In this document: in pieces, positions 23,595-37,454 of the stretch
How positions within the stretch are numbered: the first letter of the stretch is position 1
How the letters are laid out: every line of letters starts with the position of its first letter
Source: Octopus bimaculoides
Lineage: Eukaryota
Assembly (NCBI RefSeq): GCF_001194135.2
Contig: NC_068987.1
Span: 19,167,793-19,231,792 of the forward strand
DNA length: 64,000 bases
Direction of reading: 5' to 3'
Position numbers and translations under genes: made by a program
The notes under the pieces: generated by a model
The model's input: only the letters and a program-made list of their open reading frames with translations
What the model was told of the DNA's origin: nothing
The model's database searches: none

Positions 23595-25100
23595 TTTTCT
23601 ACTCTTTCATGCTATGCATCAGAAAATTTGTGATGTCAGCAACACCAAACATCTGCAGGCATTCAATGATCCAAGGATGAAGCATCATATCATATGCCTT
23701 CTTAAAGTCAATCCATGCCATAGACATGATTCTATGATGTTTTTTACAATGCTTCAAAACTATTTTATTGATGACCAGGTGATCCTTGGTACCCTGAGAA
23801 CTCTTCCTACATCCTTTTTGTTCTCTTGGTAGTATTTCTTCCTGTGCCACGGAAGTGTATGTCTTTGCCACACATATTTCAGTGAGTATCTTCCAGATTA
23901 TGTTGAAGTAGTCAGATATAGTGCGTCCATCCTCAAATGGACTAAGGAGGAAATATCAACGCTGGATAGAAGGACAAGAAAGTTGGTGATGCTGCATGGG
24001 GTGCTACACCCAAAAGCAAATGTAAACAGATTGTATGCGAAAAGAAAGAATGGTGGCAGAGGACTAATTAGTATAGACCATTGTCTAAGGAGTGAAAGGA
24101 GAACACTTGCTGAGTATTTGATAAATAGTGGTGAAGACCTGCTGCAATATGCTGTGATGATATGGGTGTAAATACAGATTAAATGATGAGCAAGGAAGAG
24201 TTTAACCAAAGAGCTGAGGAGAAGGGAAAAGAAGACCTTCTTGAAACAAGAATGCATGGACAGTTTGAAAGGAATATACAGGATGGTAAGGATAATACAG
24301 CATCATGGGCATGGCTTGAGTGAAGTGATTTGAAGCCTACCACTGAAAGCCTGATTACTGTTGCACAAGACCAGGCTCTTGCTACTAATTCAGTGAAGTA
24401 TAACATCTATAAAATCTTTGATACCTAGAAATGCAGACTCTGTGGAAAGAGTATGGAAAATGTGACTCACTTGGTAAGTGGATGTGAGAGCCTTGCACAA
24501 AAAGAATACAAGCACTGTCATGATAAAGTGTGTGTGTCTTCATTGGCTCTTATGCCATAAATATCAATATGAAGTAGCAGAGAACTGGTATGAGCATGTA
24601 CTAAGTAAAGTTATGCAGGAGGATGGAAAAGTAACGATACTCTGGGACTATGATTTTCAGACGGATCGTGTAATCGAACACCATCGACCGGATATTGCCA
24701 TGTAGAATAAGAGAGACAAATACTGTCAGATCATTGATGTAGCCATGCCAAATGACATGAATGTTGTGAATAAAGAAGTTGAAAAAACCACCAAGTACTC
24801 CGAATTGAAAGTGGAAATGGCAAGACTGAATGGAATGTGAGAGGGTAATGTAAAAGTGATACCAGTGGTGATTGGAGCATTGGGCTCAATCCCATTGAAA
24901 CTTCAAAACTTCTTAAGGCAACTGAAAATCCCATGCAAGATTGATGTCTTGCAAAAAGCAGCCTTACTGGGCTCAGCACACATCTTAAGGAAAGTATTAT
25001 TTGTCTTAGGTCCTTGTTGTGACTTGACAGATGACTAAAGACTCCAGTGCATATTTACCTACACTGTGTTATGAAGGAATAATAATAATAATAACAACAA
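23595..25100. mobile_element. R4/Dong-like RLE-type non-LTR retrotransposon, 5'-truncated with an inverted 5' segment (23595-23901 minus; 23902-25100 plus)
   Basis: Minus segment: EQKGCRK…GTKDHL…MAWIDFKKAYD (RT). Plus segment: RYSASILKWTKEE…HPKANVNRLY…GGRGL, CCHC finger CRLCGK…HLVSGC, RLE motifs HHRPDI and IIDVAMP, LQKAALLGSAHILRKVL, then an (AAT)n tail. It has stops and frameshifts. Confidence 0.88.
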
Positions 25101-25111
25101 CATTAATACTA

Positions 25112-25520
25112 TTAATAATGATTTCTTTTATTTGGCATGGGTTGGATGGTTTGACTGAGAACTGGCAAGCCAGGAGGCTGCGCCAGCCTCCAATTTGATT
25201 TAGCAAGGTTTCTACAGCTGAAAGCCCGTCCTAATGCCAACCACTCCAAGAGTGTAGTGGTTGCTTTTGTGTGCCACCAACACGGGAGCCAGTCTGACAG
25301 CACTGGCATGGGCCATGCTCAAATGCCACATTTTTACATGCCACCGGCACGGGTTCCAGTCATGTAGCACTGGCATCGGTCATGCTTGAATGGTTCATTT
25401 TATGAGCCACAGGCACAGGTGCCAGTCAGGTGGCACTGGCATTGACCATGCTCAAATGGTGCTTCTTACGTGCCACCAGAATAGGTGCTAGTTATGCAGC
25501 AGTGGCATTGGCCATGTGTG
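25112..25520 (-). mobile_element. SINE-B with four internal ~65-bp tandem units
   Basis: RTE-like tail (GGCATGGGTTGGATGGTTTGACTGAG on plus) plus repeated GTGCCACC.GCACGGG.GCCAGTC…GCACTGGCAT units. Confidence 0.8.
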
Positions 25521-25526
25521 CATATA

Positions 25527-25672
25527 TCATCATCATCATCGTTTAACGTCCGCTTTCCATGCTAGCATGGGTTGGACGATTTGACTGAGGACTGGTGAAA
25601 CCGGATGGCAACACCAGGCTCCAATCTAAATTTGGCAGAGTTTCTACAGCTGGATGCCCTTCCTAACGCCAA
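25527..25672 (-). mobile_element. 5'-truncated young SINE-B
   Basis: (CAT)n CGTTTAACGTCCGCTTTCCATGCTAGCATGGGTTGG…GGATGCCCTTCCTAACGCCAA, near-identical to the reverse of 34815-34949 and 63108-63213. Confidence 0.85.
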
Positions 25673-26056
25673 TATATATATATGTATACAGATGTGTGCA
25701 TTTGTGAGTGTGTGTGTGTGTGTGTGTGTTTTACTGTCTCCTTGCCTTGACACCACATAACACATAAGTAAATATCACTGACATGCAAGCTGTGTCCTTT
25801 ATTTCTAGGTAAAACAATGTGCATCCATATAATGTTACTTTCTTCACCATGGTGTTGGACAAGAATGAAAAACTCAAATTAATCTTATTAAAATGGGCAA
25901 TTTGTCTGCCTCCTTTAAATACCAACAGCCCCTTACTCCCCTTGAGTAACAATCACTCTTGGTCACTCTTCCAAGTTTGGATTTTATACTTCGGCATATT
26001 AGCACACTGTGGAATGAGACACTACATAAAATGCTCAAAGTCCTGAGTTTCTATAT

Positions 26057-26237
26057 TCTTTTACTCTTTTACTTGTTTTAGTCATTTGACTGTGGCCATG
26101 CTGGAGCACCCCCTTTAGTCTTTGTAAGCCTAGTACTTATTCTATCGGTGTCTTTTGCCGAACTGCTAAGTGACGAGGACATAAACACACCAGCATCGGT
26201 TGTCAAGCGATGCTAGGGGACAAACACAGACACACAA

Positions 26238-26274
<37 letters not shown>

Positions 26275-26326
26275 NNNNNNNNNNNNNNNNNNNNNNNNNN
26301 NNNNNNNNNNNNNNNNNNATATACAC

Positions 26327-26361
<35 letters not shown>

Positions 26362-26535
26362 CATACATATGATGGGCTTCTTTCAGTTTCCGTCTACCAA
26401 ATCCACTCACAAGGCTTTGGTTGGCCCGAGGCTATAGTAGAAGACACTTGCCCAAGATGCCACGCAGTGGGACTGAACCCGGAACCATGTGGTTGGTAGG
26501 CAAGCTACTTACCACACAGCCACTCCTGCGCCTAT
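26057..26535 (-). mobile_element. Full-length SINE-A (gap in the central TA tract)
   Basis: Reverse complement of the SINE-A structure, with an N-gap at 26275-26318. Confidence 0.9.
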
Positions 26536-26843
26536 ATTGTAGATCTAAAAATAATACTGTACAGAAAGAGTCTCCAGGACAGAGAGACCTAGCGAAAATC
26601 ATAAGTGCCTAAATTTTTACACTCATATTATTACTAACTTTGACACTGCTTATAGCATTGTCATACATAGTTTGATCTGCTATTAAGAACCATTAAAAAT
26701 TTGAAGGCTCATCAACGTACAGGGTATAAGATCATGCAAAAGGACTTTCCCATGTATGTAATATTTTACCTTATAATCATCATAATGTCGAGCTTTCTCA
26801 GAAAAAGAAAAAAAACTATATGCATGTATACATACATACATAT

Positions 26844-26874
<31 letters not shown>

Positions 26875-27046
26875 CATACATACATACATATATACATACA
26901 TACATACATATATACATACATACATACATACATGAACTATCTCATAGCTATGAGATTTGATGTGATTGTTTATTTTTAGAATGACTTTGTAGGGTAGGTG
27001 TGAGAGGTGAGATCTGGCCAGTCTGAACATAAAACAGGTAGAGTAT

Positions 27047-27204
27047 TTTGGTAGACGGAAACTGAAAGAAGCCCGTCGTATATATATNNNNNNNNNNNNN
27101 NNNNNNNNNNNNNNNNNNNNNNNNNNNNNNNNNNNNNNNNNNNNNNNNNNNNNNNNNNNNNNNNNNNNNNNNNNNNNNNNNNNNNNNNNNNNNNNNNNNN
27201 NNNN

Positions 27205-27239
<35 letters not shown>

Positions 27240-27434
27240 TTGTCCCCCCCAACATCGCTGGACAACCGATGCTGGTGTGTTTATGTCCCCGTAACTTAGC
27301 TGTTCGGCAAAAGAACCGATAGAATAAGTACTAGGCTTCTAAAGAATAAGTCCTGGGGTCGATTTGCTTGACTAAAGGCGGTGCTCCACCATGGCCACAG
27401 TCAAAAGACTGAAACAAGTAAAAGAATAAAAGAG
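27047..27434 (+). mobile_element. 5'-truncated SINE-A
   Basis: Starts at TTTGGTAGACGGAAACTGAAAGAAGCC, has a central TA tract with a gap, and a complete tail. Confidence 0.85.
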
Positions 27435-27529
27435 TATACATATATCTGTACTTACATCTATCATCTATCTACCCATATACATACACACACACACACACAC
27501 ATATATATAACAGATAGACATATAGACGT

Positions 27530-27580
<51 letters not shown>
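27530..27580. repeat. (GATA)n tetranucleotide microsatellite
   Basis: Direct reading. Confidence 0.95.
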
Positions 27581-29096
27581 TTCAGGCAAAGCATTGAAAA
27601 AGGTTTAACACTCCAGAAACCAAGTTTAGCAAAAGCGGTACTGCATTATCAGCAAGATGCTCTCAAAATGTGCACATGAGATAGACAGTCAGACTGGCTG
27701 ACAGGCAGCAGCTACACACAGACGATCCAACAGCCAAGCAGGCACACACAAGGCAGGCAGCAGACATCAGCCACAACTGCTTAGTACTTTGAATCTACCA
27801 GATCTCAGATGATGTCCATAATTAGAGCGGTTGGAACTTGTTTATTATAGTATATAGACTCACTCTCTCTGTCTCTCTCTCTCTCTAGGCTGACGTTTTT
27901 GTTACTGCTGCTGCTACTGTTGTTGGTGTTATTGTCTCTGCTGTTACTGTATACAGTGTGTGTGTGTGGTGCAAGTTCTGCACAGACTATACTGCTATAA
28001 GTGTGTTTGTCTGTAAGAACTTATGCACACGTGTGAGAGAGAGAGAGTGTGTGTGTGTGTGTGTTTGTGTGTGTGAACATTTATGATGCTATACTTTTTA
28101 AGTTTTAGAAGAAGTATAATTCTAAAAAGCTACACTTGTGTGTAAGTTCTTATACACAAGTGGATACGTATGCATAATAGTGTTAGGTTTAGATATAATA
28201 TACTTCTACACGGATGTTTTTTTTATATTTAACTATGTTGTATATTTCTATGTGTTTGTGCTTCTAAGAGTATATAATATTTTCCGAGTATATCTTTATA
28301 AGGTTCTGTTTATAATAGTTTATATATACATATGTGTGTATATGCGTATATAAATTTCAGAGAGTGTATTTCAATAAGAGTGTGGCAAGAAGAGTTTATA
28401 TACAAATGTGTTCAAATGTATGCATGTATGTATGTATGTATATGAGTGTGTGTGTGTGCGTATGTATGTAAGTAGGCATGTATGTATGTGTAAACATGCA
28501 TTAATTTTACAGAAAGTATTTTTATATAAGGGTGTGTCTGTAAGACTATATATATATATATATCCATGAGTGTATATGTATGTGTGTGTGTGTATGCCTA
28601 TATGAGAGTAAGTTAAATGCGTATATTGAAGTAGACAGGCACACATAGTGTATATACATATGTGTGTATGTATGTGCATGCATACATGTATTTGTATGTA
28701 TGTATATGTGTGTGTGTGTGTGAATTTAAATATACACACTCACACGTGCGCGCATGCGCACCCCCACCCACAGACACACACACACACATCTTTTATAAAT
28801 ACATATCCTTTACTTTGTCCAGTCACTGGACTGTGGCTATGCAGGAGTACTGCAATGAATGGTCTAATCAAATAAACTGACTCCAGAAGGTACATTTTTT
28901 TAAAGCCTAGTACTTATTCTACCAGTCACTTTCGCTAAACAACTAAGTTACAGGGATGTAAACAAACCCACATTGGTTGTCCAGCCAGCAAATGTATACA
29001 CAAATACTCTTACATGCATACATACATACATATACAACAGGCTTCTTTCAGTTTCTGTCTATCAAATACACTCTCAACACTTTGGTCTGCCTAGAG

Positions 29097-29883
29097 CAGG
29101 GCTGGCCAACCTGAGGCCCGCAGGTCGCATGCTGCCTGCAGACTTTTGTCTTGTGTCCCGCCATCTTTTGTCTTGCGTCCTGCAGACTTTTATCTTGCGG
29201 CCCACTCAATACTTCCTTGAAATGGGTTTATTTAAACAAACATTTAAAAAATTTTATCAAAAATTAAAGATTGTAATGAAAAGTAAAAAAGAAAGCTACT
29301 AGGCACAGGAGTGGCTGTGTGGTAAGTAGCTTGCTTACCAGCCACATGGTTCTGGGTTCAGTCCCACTGCGTGGCACCTTGGGCAAGTGTCTTCTATTAT
29401 AGCCTCGGGCCGACCAAAGCCTTGTCAGTGGATTTGGTAGATGGAAACTGAAAGAAGCCTGTCATATATATATATATATCTGTATGTGTGTGTATATGTT
29501 TGTGTGTCTGTGTTTGTCCCCCCAACTTCGCTTGACAACCGATGCTGGTGTGTTTACGTCCCCGTAACTTAGCGGTTCGGCAAAAGAGACCGATAGAATA
29601 AGTACTAGGCTTACAAAGTCCTGGGGTCGATTTGCTCGACTAAAGGCGGTGCTCCAGCATGGCCGCAGTCAAATGACTGAAACAAGTAAAAGAGTAAAAA
29701 GAGTAAAGAGTGCTGTTTTTGCAATGATAATATTTCATGTTGAATCAACAATCATTCATTCATTATTGTAATAATAGCATGCAAAAGCAAAATGCTTTTA
29801 ATTCTGTCAGTGTGTAAGTGGCCCTTAAAAAAACTTTCTGTGATTAAAGTGGCCTGTAATGTAATTCAAGTTGGTCAGGCCTG
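29097..29883. mobile_element. Non-autonomous hAT (Charlie-like) DNA transposon
   Basis: TIRs CAGGGCTGGCCAAC / CAGGCCTGACCAAC (12/14 match) and a perfect 8-bp TSD GCCTAGAG at 29089-29096 and 29884-29891. It splits an older minus-strand SINE-A (about 28808-29096 and 29884-29945). Confidence 0.88.
29300..29711 (+). mobile_element. Young full-length SINE-A inserted inside the hAT element
   Basis: Near-consensus head, body and tail with retained CpGs. Confidence 0.92.
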
Positions 29884-30184
29884 GCCTAGAGCTATAGTAC
29901 AAAGCACTTTCCCAAGATGCCATGCAATGAGATTGAACCCAGTACTTGCATCTTTAAGTCTAGTACTATATCAGTTTCTTTTGTTGAACTACTAGGTTAC
30001 CAGCACATAAACAAATCAATGCCAATTGGTGGGAGAAGGACAAACCAGAACATAAAGACAAATATATGTAATATGCACGGACATAAATATACATTTATCA
30101 TCATCACCATCATTTAACATCCATCTTCCATGCTGGTATGGGTTGGACAGTTTATATATGTGTATATATTTCTACCTATATACG

Positions 30185-30224
<40 letters not shown>

Positions 30225-30813
30225 CAAATTGAATAAACGAACATTAAATACAACAAAAACAAACAACAAGAGGAGGTGCACATGCAATGCATTAGTTTGA
30301 CGCTCAGTAAAAAGAGAAAGCATTTGACATTTCAAACGTTGCTTTATGTTGGAAGGGAAAACGGAAAAGTCTAAAGAAGGAAAAAAAAATCACCAACAGC
30401 ATGTGTGTAGTTACATTACTGATATNNNNNNNNNNNNNNNNNNNNNNNNNNNNNNNNNNNNNNNNNNNNNNNNNNNNNNNNNNNNNNNNNNNNNNNNNNN
30501 NNNNNNNNNNNNNNNNNNNNNNNNNNNNNNNNNNNNNNNNNNNNNNNNNNNNNNNNNNNNNNNNNNNNNNNNNNNNNNNNNNNNNNNNNNNNNNNNNNNN
30601 NNNNNNNNNNNNNNNNNNNNNNNNNNNNNNNNNNNNNNNNNNNNNNNNNNNNNNNNNNNNNNNNNNNNNNNNNNNNNNNNNNNNNNNNNNNNNNNNNNNN
30701 NNNNNNNNNNNNNNNNNNNNNNNNNNNNNNNNNNNNNNNNNNNNNNNNNNNNNNNNNNNNNNNNNNNNNNNNNNNNNNNNNNNNNNNNNNNNNNNNNNNN
30801 NNNNNNNNNNNNN

Positions 30814-30973
30814 TTAGTCGAGCAAATCGACCCCAGGACTTATTCTTTAGAAGCCTAGTACTTATTCTATCGATCTCTTTTGCCGAACCGCTAAGTTACG
30901 GGGACATAAACACACCAGCATCGGTTGTCAAGCGATGTTGGGGGGACAAACATGCACACACACATACAAACAT

Positions 30974-31008
<35 letters not shown>

Positions 31009-31175
31009 CATATATACGACGGGCTTCTTTCAGTTTCCGTCTACCAAATCCACTCACAAGGCTTTGGTCGGCCCGAAGCTATAGTAGAAGACACTTGCCC
31101 AAGATGCCGCGCAGTGGGACTGAACCCGGGACCATGTGGTTGGTAAGCTAGCTACTTACCACACAGCCACTCCTA
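30814..31175 (-). mobile_element. Young SINE-A (tail end lost in the gap)
   Basis: Reverse complement of SINE-A, adjacent to N-gap 30426-30813. Confidence 0.9.
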
Positions 31176-31579
31176 TATATACATACACACACACACACAT
31201 GTACACACACACATATACATGCATATATATCTATGTCATCATCACCAATCATTATCAACATTTAATGTCCATTTTCCATGCTGGCATGGGTTGGATGGGT
31301 TGACAGGGACGAGCAAGGCCAGGTGTTGCACCAGGTTACTTAGTCTGTTTTGGTTTGGTTTCTACAACTGTATACCCTTCTTAATGCTAACCACTTTACA
31401 GAATGCACTGGATTCTTTTTATGTGGTACCAACACCAGTGCTTTTTACATGGCACATACGTATATATACATACATTTATATACAAACACAAAGTGAGAGA
31501 GAAAGACAGAAAGATAACCAGATAGATTGGTAGATGGATAGATTTACATTTGCATGTATATTGTTGTTGTCATCATTGA

Positions 31580-31930
31580 CATAATCATCATCGTTACCTT
31601 CATCCTTTTTATGCCTACTTTCTATACTATCGGACTGGATAGATTTTCTTCACTACATCTCTCCAACTGTTGCAGCCATTCATCATCTCATTTGTGAGGC
31701 ATGGCATCTTTTGATCAGCTTTCACCATTTCTGCTTATGCCTTCTTTGGTCTTTTGCTTCCACAAATTCCTTCCCCTTGGATAGTTTGGTATTTCCTTAC
31801 TCAAATGTCATCCACCTCATATATCTCATGTCTTCTCTATTACATGCTACATCTGATTCTTCTTATCCAGTTTCTCTTATAGCTCATTTGTGTCTCTCAT
31901 TCATGCACTTACTTACTTGCTCAGGTCTTT
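31580..31930 (-). mobile_element. Degenerate RTE LINE 3' fragment
   Basis: The reverse strand gives …MRYMRWM… and GEGICGSKRPKKA.AEMVKAD, similar to the RTE ORF C-terminus, followed by a GAT-rich tail. Confidence 0.55.
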
Positions 31931-32970
31931 TGGCCCTTCTTGAAACATAGACCATCAAAGATCTCCCTCTCCTCCCTGTCCTGGCCTTTTCTTCTCCAAT
32001 TAACCCCAGTCCATTCCATTCCAGTTTTTTCACCTCATTCTCCAGGTGACACCACTAGTATTTCCTGATCCTTTGACCATAATGTTCCACTTAAGAGACT
32101 GCCGAGTTATGTTGTGTAGGGGAGCATCTGTATCTGCATTATTCTTTCAACTTTCGACACCAGGGGAGGGAGAAGTCAATTACATAGACTTCAGTACTCA
32201 AGTGGTACTTATTTTTATTAACTCCAAAAAGTATGAAAGGCAAAGATGACCCTAGAAGCATTTGAACTCAGAACATAAAGAGCTAGAAGAAATGCTGCTA
32301 AGCATTTTAACAGTTCTGCCAGCTTGTCACCTTCTGTCTTTGAATTATATATCCATTGTGATATTGGAGCCATTTTTAATTACCATCATGCCAAGAAATG
32401 GTAATTCTGTAATCCTCAACCCCTCTGTAAATTTCAGAATTTGCTGTAAATTATTCAGAAAAATTCAAAATTCTTCTGAAGTGTCTACAGATTTAATCTT
32501 ATCAAACAGTCATCCAAAAAAAGTAGCCTGTTATTGAATTTACATACATTGGAGTGAACTTCGTCCCCATGGCTTGATCTCTAATTTGTGGATACTTTTC
32601 CCTATTGAAAAAGAATGTGTTATTCTTAAGGATACGACAAACAGAATCTAATATAAAGTCCATAGCAAATCCACTGGGAATCTCTTCCTACATTTTTTTT
32701 CCAAATATTTGATTACCATTATTCCTAAATCATGTGGAATATTTGTGTGGAAGCTGACTACATCAAAAGTAATGAATTTTCTGTTACTTAGTTTTGATGT
32801 AGTAAAGTAAGGATCATGATTACAGAGGTGGCAAAGACATAGGAGCTGTGAGTAGAGGATGGAAGATTTGGAATGATTGGAGTACGACGAAATGAAGTTG
32901 AAACAAGAGAGGGAGTTGGCTGGTTTCTAGAAAATTCATGTAGACAAATAGAGGCAGTTAGAAGATCAAC

Positions 32971-33019
<49 letters not shown>

Positions 33020-33356
33020 NNNNNNNNNNNNNNNNNNNNNNNNNNNNNNNNNNNNNNNNNNNNNNNNNNNNNNNNNNNNNNNNNNNNNNNNNNNNNNNNN
33101 NNNNNNNNNNNNNNNNNNNNNNNNNNNNNNNNNNNNNNNNNNNNNNNNNNNNNNNNNNNNNNNNNNNNNNNNNNNNNNNNNNNNNNNNNNNNNNNNNNNN
33201 NNNNNNNNNNNNNNNNNNNNNNNNNNNNNNNNNNNNNNNNNNNNNNNNNNNNNNNNNNNNNNNNNNNNNNNNNNNNNNNNNNNNNNNNNNNNNNNNNNNN
33301 NNNNNNNNNNNNNNNNNNNNNNNNNNNNNNNNNNNNNNNNNNNNNNNNNNNNNNNN

Positions 33357-33389
<33 letters not shown>

Positions 33390-33466
33390 GTGTATGCATG
33401 TATGTATGTACGTACGTATGTATGTATGTGGTATGTGTATGTATATACACACATACAGACACACTC

Positions 33467-33497
<31 letters not shown>

Positions 33498-34366
33498 AAT
33501 AGCTATGCTGGAGTTGTGTGTTTCAGTAAAAGTGAGAAATCATTATTCAGACCATAATTTAGATAAATGACAGGGGAGACAGGATAATGTTTAGATTTTA
33601 GGATCAAAATAAATTTTAGCATCAAAATACATGTGGAGAGAATATTGATTAAACATCAGATTTTTGAATGGAGGTTATACCAAAATTCCTCTTAACAGCA
33701 GATTTAGTCTGAAAGAAAAGTTGCATAGAAATATGTGTTCCTTGTAATTAGGGAGACCAATACAGGCATTAAATCAACTAGAAGTGCTCATGGCATCACT
33801 TTTTAGCTTCAAGTTAGCCTTTATCAAGTAGACCGGGCATGGGCAACCTTGTCCGAGAAGCAGGCTGTATGAGACATGGCACATCATCAAGTGGGCCACA
33901 AATGCTAATTTACATTCGATCCCACATTTAAAAAAAAAAGAAGGGCGGTACCCACAATGCAACAGGCATTAATAAAGGAAGTTAGTCAGGTATGCAATAA
34001 TTATTCCTCTTTAATCATAAAAATATAACGGGAGTTTTTAAACATCAAATGGTTATGAGGGTCCCACCCACTGAGTAAAACAGGAACCAAAGGGGTCCAT
34101 AGGCAAAATATGGTTGAGAACCACTGTGTTAAACAGATAATATTGATGGTGGGAGGTTCATTCTGCCAATAAAAGTATGCGTAGGTTGTAGTTCATTTCT
34201 TTATTAACTGATTGATTTGTTAGTCTTTTGTTATACTTCTGTAGCCTTTTCAACAAGTTCTCCATGACTGCTGGTTTTCCAGATGTTTGGTCTTTATATA
34301 TTGGTGATGGCGGCAAAGGAGATGATAGTATGGTGGTGGTAAGTCTTAGTAAATCATGCATATGTA

Positions 34367-35096
34367 TACTCTTTACTCTTTTACTCTTTTACTTGTTTCA
34401 GTCATTTGACTGTGGCCATGCTGAAGCACCGCCTTTAGCCGAGCAAATCGACCCCAGGACTTATTCTTTGTAAGCCTAGTACTTATTCTATCGGTCTCTT
34501 TTGCCGAACCGCTAAGTTACGGGGACGTAAACACACCAGCATCGGTTGTCAAGCGATGTTAGGGGGACAAACACAGACACACAAACATACACACACCGAG
34601 ATCGTTGCTGGTTCCCCTGGACTGGCTCATGTGCGGGCGACACATGAAATCTTTCTTTTCTTTTTTTTTTTNNNNNNNNNNNNNNNNNNNNNNNNNNNNN
34701 NNNNNNNNNNNNNNNNNNNNNNNNNNNNNNNNNNNNNNNNNNNNNNNNNNNNNNNNNNNNNNNNNNNNNNNNNNNNNNNNNNNNNNNNNNNNNNNNNNNN
34801 NNNNNNNNNNNNNNGTTAGGAAGGGCATCCAGCTGTAGAAACTCTGCCAAATCAGATTGGAGCCTGGTGTAGCCATCTGGTTTCACCAGTCCTCAGTCAA
34901 ATCGTCCAACCCATGCTAGCATGGAAAGCGGACTTTAAACGACGATGACATATATACAACGAGCTTCTTTCAGTTTCCGTCTACCAAATCCACTCACAAG
35001 GCTTTGGTCGGCCCGAAGACACTTGCCCAAGGTGCCACACAGTGGGACTGAACCCGGAGCCATGTGATTGGTAAGCAAGCTACTTACCACACAGTG
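34367..35096 (-). mobile_element. SINE-A split by a plus-strand SINE-B (34597-34949) in its central microsatellite
   Basis: SINE-A tail and body at 34367-34596, SINE-B with a GAT tail, then the SINE-A head at 34955-35096. Confidence 0.85.
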
Positions 35097-35360
35097 TTAA
35101 TTGTTATTCTTTAGTTCTAAGTCAATCCTGATCAAACAGGCACATGATCAGAGGCACCTCAGATTATGACCATGCAGTTGTACTTTTTTATGTGTCAGGA
35201 ATGCAGGACTACATTATCATGATATGGCTTCTTCCAAGACACCATTCTTGTTTGGTGTGCATCTATCTGTATGTGTGTATATATATTTGTGCGTGTGTGT
35301 GTGTGTTTACACATGTGCATGTATTTATGTGTGTATGTATGTATGAACGTATATATTTTA

Positions 35361-35828
<468 letters not shown>

Positions 35829-35939
35829 AATGTATTTTTTATTTATCAGCAAAAGTTACAGAGTGACTCAGGAGTCAAGTGTTTCATGCTTTGGCACTTA
35901 AGTTACTCTGTAACTTCTGCTGATTAATAAAAAAAATAT

Positions 35940-36252
35940 AAGCGTGGGTATGTGGTAAGGATCTTGTTTCTCAACCACATGATTCTGGGTTCATTCCCAC
36001 CGCGTTGCACCTTGCGTGAATGTCTTCTACTATAGCCTCTGGCTGACCAAAGCCTTGTGAGTGGATTTGGTGGATGAAAACTGAAAGAAGCTCATCATAT
36101 ATATATATATATATATGGTATTATTCCTGTGATTTTCCACCCTTATGTATCTATTTGTACTATAAGATGAATTCTAGCTCATGCTGAGCACTTCAACTCT
36201 AGCCCATCTTTATGTATTGTTATATTAACAATACATAATTATACAAAAATTA

Positions 36253-36338
<86 letters not shown>

Positions 36339-36520
36339 TTGTATGTGTGTCTATGTTTGTTCTCCCACCATTGCTTGACAACCAATGTTGGTGTGTTTGT
36401 GTCTCCGTAACTTAGCGGTTCGGCTAAAGAGACCAATAGAATAAGTTCTGGGGTCAATTTGTTCAACTAAAGGTGCTGCTCCAGCATGGCCACAGTCAAA
36501 TGACTGAAACAAGTAAAAGA
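35940..36520 (+). mobile_element. SINE-A interrupted by a ~140-bp unknown insert in its TA tract
   Basis: Head at 35940-36095, (TA)n, unrelated sequence at 36116-36256, (TA)n, then body and tail. Confidence 0.75.
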
Positions 36521-36589
36521 AGAATACACGTTTTGAGTTCTATTTTCCTGTTTGTTTCACATCATCATCATCACCACCACCATCATTAT

Positions 36590-36790
36590 CATCATCATCA
36601 TCATTTAGCGTCTGCTTTCCATGCTGGCATGGGTTAGATGGTTTGACTGAAAACTGGTAAGCTGGAGAGCTGCACCTGGTTCCAATCTGATTTGGCATGG
36701 TTTCTATGGTCGGATGCCCTTCCTCACACCAACCACTCCAAGAGTGTAATGGGGTTTTTTTTTACATGCCACCAGCATTGGCCAGTGTTA
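36590..36790 (-). mobile_element. SINE-B fragment
   Basis: (CAT)n tail plus CTTTCCATGCTGGCATGGGTTAGATGG…GATGCCCTTCCT. Confidence 0.75.
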
Positions 36791-37052
36791 GCTCCTTTGT
36801 GGCTATATTTCATGCAAAAACAAGGCCAACAATTTCAGGGAGATCATAACTCAATTGCATTTACCCCAGCATTCAACTGGTACTTATTTTATCAACCCTG
36901 AAAGAATGAACGGCAAAGTCAACTTCAGCAAAACTTGAACTCAGAACGTCACGACAGACGAAATGCCGCTAAGCATTTTCCCAAGCATGCTAATGATTCT
37001 ACTAACTCACTGCTCTACCAAACCTAATATGTTGATGCATATGTATATGTGT

Positions 37053-37084
<32 letters not shown>

Positions 37085-37399
37085 CTGTATGTGTGTGTAC
37101 ATGTGAGTGTCTGTGTGTTTGTTTGCATTTGTGCTACTTTGAAAATCACTCAGCTACATGTGGTGGCATTGCTGTCATTTCCCCCCTGATAACAGGTTAA
37201 TCACCGGCTTTGCATATTCAAAGATGTGTGAAATAAAAGACCCCTTTACTTGAAAAACAGGTAATGTTTAGTGACAGAAAGGGCATCTGGCTGTTAAACA
37301 ATGCCTCAATAATACATTTATCTAGTTGATGCTTGCATGGAAACACAAGCATAAAAATAAATGAAAAAATTAAAACACACACATGTGCATGCATACACA

Positions 37400-37454
<55 letters not shown>

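Noticed and set aside
33830-34130. hAT-like terminal fragments (GGGCATGGGCAACC…; …GGTTGAGAACCACTG)
   Set aside because: The two ends do not match each other and no TSD was found, so no element could be delimited.
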